Origin: Lytechinus pictus
Taxonomy: Eukaryota
Assembly: GCF_037042905.1 (NCBI RefSeq)
Contig: NC_087250.1
Span: forward strand, 26,538,001-26,602,000
DNA length: 64,000 nucleotides
Reading direction: 5' to 3'
Under the pieces are notes generated by a model, which had not been told where the DNA came from, searched no databases, and was given only the letters and a program-made list of their open reading frames with translations. The number at the start of each line of letters is the position of its first letter. The stretch's first letter is position 1. Below are positions 54,097 to 64,000 of the stretch, piece by piece. Both the position numbers and the translations under genes were made by a program.

Positions 54097-55553
54097 CACT
54101 GGCGTAAATCCGTGTTGATGGGTGGGGGGAATGACTGAAATATTTTTGGATTTTTTGCAATCGTGTTTTTAGATATGCAAGGAATTGTCATTGATATGTC
54201 CACAGTGACGTACCGTGGGTCACGGCATTGTGGAGGGGCGGGCACCAGCAAAATTTTTGAATCACTAAGTGAGTGCGCTAAGTTGCCAGTTATACTGACC
54301 TAATAGAGACATTTTAAAGACAATGTCATTAAACGGATATGTAGCTCACTGATCAAATAATGCGAGCGCGAAGCGCGAGCTGAAATTTTTTTATATTCAC
54401 ACCTAAAAAGGGACAATATAATCAAATTTGTGTAATCATGATAGGTACCTGTCTCGCTAAACAATGCGAGCGCGAAGCGCGAGCTGAACACTTAGATAAT
54501 TCAGACCTGAAGTGGGGCATTCTAAGGTTTCTTTGTAGGAATTAACTAGGACCATACGTATTTCATTAACCAAATGATGCGAGCGCGAAGCGCGAGCTGA
54601 AAATTTTTGATATTCAGATCAGAAGAAGGGACATTTTAAGGACTGATTTTAGGAATTCATGAAGAGCAGACATATCTCACCAATCCACTAATGCAAACGT
54701 AATCACGGACAGGAAATGTTTCATATATACGAAGACCTTAACATAGGGCAATAACTTTTGAGTCATGAAAAAGAAGCATATGTCACTACATAAAACAATG
54801 ATAACTCAAGTGCTAGGAAATATATTTGGTTTATATTGACTTGAAAACGGTATGTTACAGGATTATATATCTCGTTAAACTGACAATGCGAGCACCAGGA
54901 ACAATAAAAATAGACGTAGGCCCTGGGCAAATTATGTTTCATAAAGTTGTAATGTAACATAACATAATTATAATATAATATAACATTATGATGAATAATA
55001 TAACATTATAATGAATAATATTTTTTTCTTTCCCACTACGTTTCTCTTCCTTTCTCCCTCTTTTCTCCTTTTCCCCCTTTCCTCGTTTTTGTTTTTGGTC
55101 AGCCGATAAAGGGGGGTGATGTGCCCCCCATGTCCCCCGTAGTTACGCCACTGTATGTCCATATGGCAAATACCCCTCCAATATTATTATCTTTTTTTAC
55201 CCCATGATGGTATAATGGTTTTATTAGAGATTACATTACATTACTTCCCAAAGACCCAACATTGATGAATTGGAAGAAACAGGGGTTTCTCTTCAATGTT
55301 ATAATAAGGACATAAGTATTTCGTTTGGAAATGGTGAAATGGCTCTTTATTTGCATTTTATGATTTAATAATATTGTTTTATTTGTTAAGCGGTATTTTA
55401 GGAAGAATTTTCACCAATAAAACAATTATCTCTTGTGATTTTTTTTTCATTTCTTTCGTAAAAAGTGGGGGGGATGTTTGTACAGGCCATCCCCCCCTCC
55501 TCGAAAAGTGGGGGGGATATATCCCCCCCATCCCCCCGGGATTTACGCCAGTG
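54097..55553. mobile_element. hAT-like MITE (nested)
   Basis: TIRs cactggcgtaaatcc / ggatttacgccagtg; perfect 8-bp TSD aatataac. Confidence 0.85.
54203..55153. mobile_element. hAT-like MITE nested inside 54097-55553
   Basis: Ends cagtgacgta / tacgccactg; perfect 8-bp TSD tatgtcca; gcgagcgcgaagcgcgagc repeats. Confidence 0.82.
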
Positions 55554-58187
55554 AATATAACTCTATTTTGTTAGTATTCTTTATTCTGTTTTTTAAGGTG
55601 AAATAAGTGTAGAAGATACAATAAATGAGAATTGAAATTTAAAAGTGGTTGTAAGCAGAAAAAAATATGAAAACTGACAAGAGTCATAAAAACGACTCAT
55701 TTGCAGTTTAAGCATTTGAAAATTTTAGCTTGCGCTTTGTGCTCTCTTGCCTCCCCCCCAAAAAAAAAATCCCTGTAGGATTTTTTTTTTTCAAAATGAA
55801 ATATGCCCTTTTTAAAAAAGAAATATACCTTCTTTAATAATAAAACATAATACATTTTAGGTTCGAAAATCACAGATTTTGAATCGTGCTTGCATCAATT
55901 ATTGTTTAGTACAGTACTAATCCTGCTCATGATTACAAAAATGTATAGAATGTTGCTTTATGGTTGGAATATCACAAATTTTTGGCTCGCTTCCTGCACT
56001 CGCATCAATTATTCTACTCGTTCTCTTCCCGTTCACAAAAAAAAATGCCTTGAATGTCCAGTTTTCAGGTTGGAATATCACAATTTTTTTAGCTCGCGCT
56101 TTGCGCTCGCATTATTTTTATTGGTGAGTTATGTATCCTATTTAAAATGCAGTAATTAACTGCTTCCTTTACTGGTCAGTATATAAAAAAAAAGTTAGCG
56201 GGCGTAAAGTTATTTTTAAGTTAGATACACATCTTTTTCATGATTACAAAACCAGCTCAGAATATTTAATTTCCATATCTTATTACACGACATGTCAAGA
56301 AGTTTGAGCTGGTGGTTCGCGCTGGCAACATTGCGCAAGGATGCCCTTTTAACAATGATTAACCCCATAATTGACCATAAATCAAGTTTTACAACTTCAC
56401 ATTTTTTTTTAAACCGCTTGCTCGCTATGCTTTGTCGCTGAGAAATAAAACCTAAATCAAAATATCTATCTTATAATTAAAAATCACTTTAGAAAGCCTT
56501 TGCTCAACTTAATTTCTACAAAACACAAAATTACTTTACACAATGATCTCATTGTGAAAATACATGTATCTGTTTGCACAAAAAACTCATTTTGATAAAT
56601 GAGTGCCTTTTTGGCGTTGACCCCCCCCCCCATAATAATTTTCTGCTGCCCCTGTCCCAGGGAGTGGAGAAAAACATACGTTGAGAATGCCAGGATCAGA
56701 TGACCGTGGTAATAATAATTATTGCAATGTAAATCGCCTAGAAAAATGTTGGATTATGTGCACACAGGTAACTATATCATTATTTTAATGTGTCTCTATC
56801 ATGAAATTATTTTTGTTTTAAATGTACATAGGTTAATTTTTTTTCTCGCTCAGTTCGCTCGCTCACATACATTTTACCATGTGTTATGTCTGCCGCCTAA
56901 GTATTGTTAGTTCATTGTTCTGTATATCGTAAGTTTGAAATGCCTTGGCCTTGAGGTTTTCAGGCCTTGGCCTTGGGTTTCAATGCCTTGGCCTTGGCCT
57001 TTGGTATTGAAGCATTGGCCTTGAGGTTTTCAGGCCTTGGCCTTGGGTTTCCATGCCTTGACCTTGGCCTTTGGTATTGAAGCCTTGGCCTTGGAGGTTT
57101 GAGCCTTGACTACAACACTGAATAGCCGACTAATGCCATGGTTAACTTCGAACTTTACGTTTAATTAGGTTTAGACAAATGTTAGCTTATTTGCCATGGT
57201 TTGTCTAGTCCGTATACAAAACCAGTCCTAGATCTAAAAAAGATATCTTAGTTCGAGTCTAGTCTCTAGATCTAGACTCCGATCTACGCTGTATCAGCAT
57301 GGAACCACTAGTGTACCAAAGGGGGGGGGGGGCAGACTGCCCCTCCGACGAGTCACAACTGATTCAGGGGACGTGCCCCCCCCCCCTTTGAGAAGCCAAA
57401 TTGATAATTTGTAATGTAAAAATGCAATGAAAAAGACGTATGTCCCCTCTTTTGAACGTGAACATTTTTTTTTTGTGGGGGGGGGGGGGGCTTGTCACAT
57501 TTTTTCGTGGACGAAATATCCTCCAAAAATTTGCCCTCCTTTTGGAAAATCCTAGGTACGCCAGTGCATCAGTAGCGTAGCTACGGGGGGGGGGGGGGCT
57601 GGGGGCATGTGCCCCCCTGAGATTTGATGTGCCCCCTCCCCAGGTGCCCCCCCCAGAAAAAAATTGGTTGAGCAAAAAAAAAAGGGGAGAAAGAAGAAAA
57701 GAAAAAGGAAAAGAAGAATAAAGACAGAAGAAAAAAAAAAAGAAGAGGAAAAAAAAAGGGAAGGCGAGTGAATGAAATAATGTGAGGTGAAGACTTAAAA
57801 AAAAAATTTCATGTTACTATATTAAATTTTTGCTTGCGCTTCGCGCCAGAATTGCCTGTTCGATGAGATTCATATCTTGCTCAATAGGCTGATATGGAGC
57901 AAGTTTTGAAGTCAATATACAAAACATATTTTAGCTCGGACTTCGTTCGAGCTTTCATTATTATTTTTTTTTATTTACAAATTTAAGTGCTCTGTAAAAT
58001 GTCCGTTTTATGGTCTACATATCAGCATTTTAAGCTCACGCTGCGTGGTCAAATTGTTTGATTTGCCAAGTTCATAATGTCTACGTGTATTCCATAATAC
58101 CTCTTAACGCGCGAAGCGAGTTAATGAGAGGTTATCTCAGGTCAGACTAGCTGGACAACAACATAGCCCGCCAGCGGTACGTAACAG

Positions 58188-59243
58188 GTGTTTTACAAGG
58201 ATGCCGCCAGCCAGCCTTCTCCTGTCGACCTCGAGACAGACGTCGGCCAAGTTATTAGTTCTACGCAGAGCCCAGCTGCTGGAAGTTCGGCGTCGACAAC
58301 CAGCGGTGAGTTCGGGACAATGGGGGGCTCCTTGCCTCTTGTGACTTCTCCACAAGATCCGGTCATTCCCCAAATTCAATCCCAATCTCCCCCTTCTATC
58401 CCTCCTGCCCCTGTATTTGAGGGGCTTAATAGTCATAATTTTACACCAGCCCCCAACCCTCCTTTTCCTACGCTGTCTGCGCAGCCAGATATGCTTAGCT
58501 GTGTGTGTGATGATTTGGGCGGGGAGGTGCCTTCCAGTGTTAAGGAGAAGATTTGGAAAGGTGAATTTGTAGAGTTAGGTGGATTATTAAAAAGGGAAAG
58601 CTTAAGTGAGGAAAGTTCCCAGTTGCAGGCCTTCAGCCTTTGTGCCACCGGGTCCGCTTGAATGCTTCGCCCCCAAAGCAAGGCTCCGGTGATCGCCAGC
58701 ATAGAACAGTGGACATATGCGTTTCTTATTTACGCGTCTATATACTTGGAGCGACACTGTATGCGTGCGCGCGAGCTCCTCAAGTATATGGATATCGTTC
58801 GCTCTATTGTGCGTTTTGGGGGTTTCAATTGGCGGGCCTATGACATTCAATTTCGGTTACGTCAGGCCCGTCATCCACATCGTTCCTGGGCTGTCATAGA
58901 CACCGAGCTATGGCTGACAGTAGCTTTGACGCCCGGTCGAGCAGCGTTTTCGTCTTTTGGGGGTAACCAGCCCTTTCGGCCATACGACCGGTCGTTTCGG
59001 CGGGGTAGTTTCCCATCCTCAGGATATGCCAACAGACAAGGGGCAATTCGGGCCCCTGGCGCTGCGCCTGCCCCCTTCCGCTCCTCACCAGTCTGTTTCG
59101 CCTTTAACGCTGGGTCATGCCAACGCACCGCCTGTCGTTATGCTCACCGGTGCGGAAAATGCTCCTCAGCAGCGCATGGCTCACACGCCTGCAACTCTGC
59201 CGCTGCAATTGCCAAACAGAAGCCTAGCTCCAACTCCAATTAA
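58188..59243 (+). pseudogene. gag-like ORF1 of the YR retrotransposon, with an in-frame stop
   Basis: VKEKIWKGEFVELGGLL, SIEQWTYAFLIYASIY, WRAYDIQFR and a C-terminal Cys/His finger CFAFNAGSCQRTACRYAHRCGKCSSAAHGSHAC. A single TGA at 58659-58661 splits the frame. Confidence 0.85.
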
Positions 59244-60813
59244 ACTTGGCAGCATGCTCCCATTTCTTAGACGGCACCATAATCAACATAATGCAGCTTT
59301 TCTGATTTCTGGTTTTAGGTTGGGTTTTTCATTGGGTTTCACAGGCGAGCGTCGCTCTGTGTTCTCGCGTAATTTGAAATCTGCTAGGGAGCATAGGGAC
59401 ATGCTGTTGGAGAAAGTTGGTAAGGAAGTTAGTTTAGGGAGAATGTCAGGTCCTTTCCAAGACCCGCCTTTCGATAACTTTCGCTGCTCCCCGGTAGGGC
59501 TCGTCCCCAAGCGAAATCCGGGAGAATTCCGTCTAATTCAGCATTTATCTTCTCCTCGGGGGGCTTCGGTTAATGACCACATTGATTCCGATTTATGTTC
59601 CGTGAATTACACTTCATTTGACAAGGCGGTTGATCTCGTTGCTCGCTTGGGAGCTAGTGCTCTCATGGGAAAAACAGATATAAAATCCGCTTTACGCTTA
59701 CTACCAGTGAATCCCTCCGAATTTGACCTTCTGGGGTTTTGCATTGATGGCGCGTATTACTTTGATAAATGCTTGCCAATGGGCTGCTCAATTTCATGTG
59801 CCCATTTTGAGCGTTTTAGCACTTTTCTTGAGTCATGTTGCCGTGAAATTGCGAATTCAGAGCAAATTTTGCATTATTTGGATGATTTCTTTTTCGTTGG
59901 CGCAACACGGCAGGAATGTCGTTCCTTGATGTATCATTTTAAGGCAATGTGCGAGGTTTTTGGCGTCCCGATAGTGGAGGAGAAGACTGAGGGGCCCGTT
60001 CCCACTATCATATTTTTAGGGCTTGAAATCGAGGCGGCTGAGCAGAGAGTTCGGGTACCCAAGGAGAAAGTAGACGTGTTACAGGCAATGCTCATTGATT
60101 TTGTTAAGAAAGATAAGCATTCGTTGTGGCAGTTGCAGTCGCTAATTGGCAGCCTTAATTTCGTGTGTAAAGCCGTGGCTCCCGGAAGAGCCTTCCTAAG
60201 GAGACTTATCGATCTTACTAAAGGGGTCCGCACCCCAAACCACCGGATAAGGCTTTCACGCGGCGCAAAAGAGGACATGCAGGCCTGGCTTGCGTTTCTG
60301 TCCGATTTCAATGGCACAGTTATGTTTTTTACACTCAACATGGGTAACTAATGCTCATTTTCAGTTCTTTACTGACGCTGCGGGTAGCATTGGCTTTGGT
60401 ATATCCTTCCAGGATAAGTGGGCTCAAGGGAGATGGCCAGCTGAAATACTGGAGAAGAATTATTCCATCGCTTTTCTAGAGCTTTTCCCAATAGTAGTCG
60501 GTATACGTATGTGGGGGGCAGCGCTCTTCTAGCTAATTCTAAGGTCTTATTTTGGTCAGATAATCAAACAGTTGTTCATGTTGTTAATTCCTTAACTTCG
60601 AAATGTCCTAGTGTAATGAAACTGGTTCCTTTGATTGTAGTTCTTTGTTTGGAACATAATATTATGTTCAAAGCACGTTACGTGCCAGGCTCTCGCAATG
60701 AAAAGGCTGATGCCCTCTCTCGTTTTCAGATGGACATGTTTCGCAGGTTAGCACCAGGCGCAGATCTGGCTGGCAGCAAGCTTCCCGCCCATCTTTGGAG
60801 CAGCTTCATATAG
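58957..60813 (+). pseudogene. Reverse transcriptase/RNase H ORF, with two frameshifts in the RNase H part
   Basis: RT motifs SPVGLVPK, FRLIQHLS, KTDIKSA, LPMG, HYLDDF; RNase H motifs FTDAAGSIGFG, LELFPI, SDNQTVV, NEKADALSR. Frame changes near 60325 (T run) and near 60528. Confidence 0.9.
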
Positions 60814-61715
60814 AGAGAGAGCATCTGTTGTTTTCTTCGCGGGCGCCCGGCACTCATCATACTTATAGGAACGCTTGGTCTGTGTTTAAGCAGTTTCGGC
60901 AGCAATATCATTATGATATAAGTATACGTCCTGACATTGAGCAGGTCGCTCAATTTATTGCTTATCTCTCCTGGAATGGGTATGCGGGGGCAACAATAAG
61001 TACATATATATCAGGCCTGGCTTTTACGATGCAAACATTGGGTTGGCCTGATGTGACTGACGCGTTTGTAATCCGGCGGCTGGTAGACGGGTGCAGGCGG
61101 AAAAATGGTCGCCGTGATACACGGTGTCCCATAACCCTCCCTATTCTCAAATCCATCATAAATTCATTGACTCACGTATGCATTAATACGTATGATCTGA
61201 CATTGTTTCGGGCTGCCTTTCTAATCGCTTTCTTTGGTTTTCTTCGAGTAGGGGAGTTCACGTCTCGATCTAGACATGAACCCGTTCCTTTATCAGAAAA
61301 AGATGTTATTATTCAAGGGATGGGTAATCAAGCAAAATTGCGCATTGTGATTGCGAGGTCTAAAACAGATCAAACTGGACGTGGATGCTCGATTTTAATT
61401 CCACAGAATGTTGTTTCGTATTTATGCCCACTTCGCGCTGTAAATGATTACCTCGCTCTGCGGAGCTCGGTCGGCTCTGCCTTTTTCCGTCACTTTGACT
61501 CGTCACCCCTAACGAGGCACCAATTTGGCCAAGTTTTAAAGCGTGCCATTAGTTTTTGCGGGCTACCCGTTGCTCATTTCTCTTCCCATTCTTTCCGTAT
61601 TGGGGCGGCAACTTCTGCAGCCATGGCAGGTGTTCCCGATGTTTGCATTCAAAATATGGGGCGCTGGGCTTCCAACACACACAGATTGTATATTCGACAA
61701 CCTCTCCCCCCTTAA
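60795..61715 (+). CDS. Tyrosine recombinase (phage integrase family) of the retrotransposon
   Basis: Intact ~306-codon frame with catalytic R (GFLRVGEF), K (SKTDQ), HxxR (HSFRIGAAT), GRW and Y (LYIR). Confidence 0.93.
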   Translation: MEQLHIEREHLLFSSRAPGTHHTYRNAWSVFKQFRQQYHYDISIRPDIEQVAQFIAYLSWNGYAGATISTYISGLAFTMQTLGWPDVTDAFVIRRLVDGCRRKNGRRDTRCPITLPILKSIINSLTHVCINTYDLTLFRAAFLIAFFGFLRVGEFTSRSRHEPVPLSEKDVIIQGMGNQAKLRIVIARSKTDQTGRGCSILIPQNVVSYLCPLRAVNDYLALRSSVGSAFFRHFDSSPLTRHQFGQVLKRAISFCGLPVAHFSSHSFRIGAATSAAMAGVPDVCIQNMGRWASNTHRLYIRQPLPP

Positions 61716-64000
61716 TTTAAGCAGTTTTGCCAGTATGTTTATCACCCTTCCATGTTTAATACCAGTTTGTGCACAATTTAATATCGACCTAATGTTTATT
61801 TGTTTTTGTTTTTTGACAACCCCTAACGAGCAGTAAATATTAACCTTACTCTCTCTCTCTCTCTCTCTCGCTTGTTGCCATGGTGACGGCGATGGTTATC
61901 TTACCCGTTAATAGTTCCATGGGCGCAGGCAGACTTGCTCGCCCACTGTTAGTAGATTGTGGTCTTTGCTACACTTATCGTGTTTATGGTAACTATGTAC
62001 CCCCCCCCCTTTTTTTAGAATGTACAATTGGTGCCGCTGTTTCTTTCCTTTTCTCTCTTCCATGTGCAGTTATTTGGAGTCTCAACGTGGGTTGTGTCAG
62101 CATTCCACGGAATCGTACGAGAGGAAGGGGACAATTCACGTTTCGCTGACGCAGGCAGTCCCGCTCTAGTTGGGGGCGGGCCCTCACCACTCGGCACGTG
62201 GCCGGGTCCTAAAACTCAATACATCCGCGAACAGGAGAACACTTGATTTCTTTGTCGCGGAGCGAAATCACTATAGTAACAGCTGTTTTACCTCCGTCGA
62301 GTACTCGCTGGCTCGGACGTCGCGAACGGTTGGAACTTTTTTATGAGCAGATGTTATGACCTGAATACCTTATCCAGAACTCACACGTGGTATCATCAGA
62401 TCTCAAGTCCTTACTACAAACTTCACTATTTAGTTACCAAGCCCCGCTCCCCCCCCCCCCGCCTCTCCTTTATCTTAGGGCACTAGACTCTTCGCAAGTG
62501 GACTGAATGAGCATGAATCATCCTAGATGGTTTAATTGTGCGTCCCTGTTCGTTTAATGCACCCCCCCTTTACCCAGCTTCTTAGCGTGGACCTTGTAAA
62601 TACAGCATGGTTTGAACTATTGGCATCATATTGTGTTGTGGCGGCGGGCTGACGATGAGTCATCCCGTTTGGCGGCATTCCATTTTTTGCCACAACACAT
62701 TATGATTCTTCACTTATTTTGGGCTTCCTGAGATAATATTTTTCATTTATTTAGACCAATTTCGTATATTCCACTCCTCCTGTTATAATGTGAACGGGGT
62801 TTGGTTCGTCACCCGATTTGGACGAGGCCACCGGCGAATTCCATTTCGGACCGAACATTAACGTTGCCTCGTTCACATTCTAGTTCAGGGCCGTTGGTGG
62901 GGCTTCTGAGCACTAGTTTATGGTTTAAAAGTTTTCCTGCATAAGCTCGTGTTGCAAACGGGAATCTTTGCTTCGTAGCTTTGCAGATGGAATTTTACGT
63001 TGCCCACATTTGGCCAACATGACAAACTGGTGTCTTTGTCATGAATGTGGATGGACTGTTTTAATTGTCAATTGAGGAGATTGGTTTAATAACTTTAATT
63101 TTTCGCATATGACACATCTCAGGAGGCTTTACGTTTATGTTATGTTTTGATTGTTGCATTATATTATGTTGGCTTTATTTGACAACACATCATTTTACAT
63201 TTTGGTATACATCATTTGGAAGATGCTTTTCAGAAACAATTTTTATTAAACTCCACGGAAAATGCATTAACTCGCCTCTCGTGTATTTGTATTTGTATTA
63301 TCTGGGTTGAGATAATGTTCCATTAAACAAATGTATTCAGAATGCCCAGATTCTAGGTCTAAATCTAAAACATGCGCGATAGCCTGCATCACGGTTCTTT
63401 ATTTAAAATGTACTTAAATTATCCAGTTTCACATCAGAATATCAATAATTGTCTGCTCACGCTTCACGATCGCATTATTAATGATACCCAATTAACTATA
63501 TCCTATTTATGATTACAAAAATGAATAGAGTGTCCTGCTTTTAGGTCTAAAATCTCAATTTTCTTCCTCTCGCGCTTCGCGCTCGCATCAATTGTTTAGT
63601 TACATACCTATCCCATTTATTAATACAAAAAGTGCTTAGAATGACAATTTTTTAGATCGGAATGTCAAAAATTGCTCGCGCTTCGCGCTCGCATTATTGA
63701 AATATATACCGTCTTCGTGGGTAACTGAAAGTTAGTCCTTAACAGGTCCCTTTTCGATAATGCTAGAACAGTTAATACAAATTTCTGCTCTTGCTTGGCG
63801 TTTGCAGTAACCATCTAGTTACATACGAATCTTGTTCAAGATCACACATACCATCGCCCATAATATTTTTTTTTTAAATCGCTCGCGCTTCGCGCTCACA
63901 CTTTTTATAAGGCTTATGAGATTATTTCATGTCTATGGTGTTTTATAAGAATAAAACTAAGAAGTGAGTGATGGGGGAAAATATAGGTAAATATAATTTC

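Larger units (their letters stand above)
52856..57120. mobile_element. Composite TIR element with ggcctt sub-terminal arrays, hosting nested MITEs
   Basis: TIRs cagtgttgtagt / actacaacactg; (ggcctt)n arrays at 52875-52980 and 56940-57110. Confidence 0.7.
58094..63316 (+). mobile_element. Tyrosine-recombinase retrotransposon (DIRS order, Ngaro-like coding content), inactivated copy
   Basis: Overlapping gag-like, RT/RNaseH and YR ORFs. Bounded by ATAAT at 58094-58098 and 63312-63316 inside a host repeat. Inverted terminal motif gcgagttaatg/cattaactcgc. The exact ends are less certain than the identity. Confidence 0.9.

Noticed and set aside
875..57675. Most remaining short ORF-track entries
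   Set aside because: They lie in microsatellites, homopolymer tracts or MITEs, or antisense to real exons, and show no protein motifs.
58659..58661. Programmed readthrough or selenocysteine TGA in gag
   Set aside because: The same copy has frameshifts in pol, so simple decay is more parsimonious.
62360..62400. Hammerhead ribozyme core CTGATGA on the minus strand
   Set aside because: The putative stem II is not followed by GAAA.
62520..62900. Degenerate SGNH-hydrolase ORF4, as in some Ngaro elements (fragments HIVLW, PQHIMILHL, GLVRHP)
   Set aside because: No G-x-S, G-x-ND or D-x-x-H catalytic motifs and no continuous frame, although the other ORFs are nearly intact. The resemblance is too weak without a profile search.

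Overview
AT-rich, intron- and MITE-dense animal genomic DNA. The repeat families and gene style suggest a sea urchin, which is an inference. (1) 642-11344 (-): a complete 11-exon SLC7 light-chain amino acid transporter of 493 aa, most like b(0,+)AT/SLC7A9. All splice phases close. (2) 37942-49666 (-): a ~15-exon, ~900-codon gene with the layout [UPA tail]-DD-DD-acidic linker-DD-DD-ZU5-UPA-DD. It is damaged by a ~340-bp retroposon insertion in the acidic exon and by frameshifts in the ZU5 exon, and it appears 5'-truncated, so it is probably a pseudogene in this haplotype. (3) ~58094-63316 (+): a tyrosine-recombinase (DIRS-order) retrotransposon with Ngaro-like gag/RT/RNaseH/YR coding content. 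It has short inverted termini, a possible internal complementary region, and a ~1.2-kb non-coding 3' region packed with stem-loops. This element is the most unusual object in the window. The rest is nested non-autonomous DNA transposons, LINE and SINE remnants, and microsatellites. These include hAT-, Harbinger-, EnSpm-, Kolobok-, Tc1/mariner-, Academ-, piggyBac- and Helentron-like elements. Family labels come from termini, target-site duplications (TSDs) and motifs read by eye. No searches were run.
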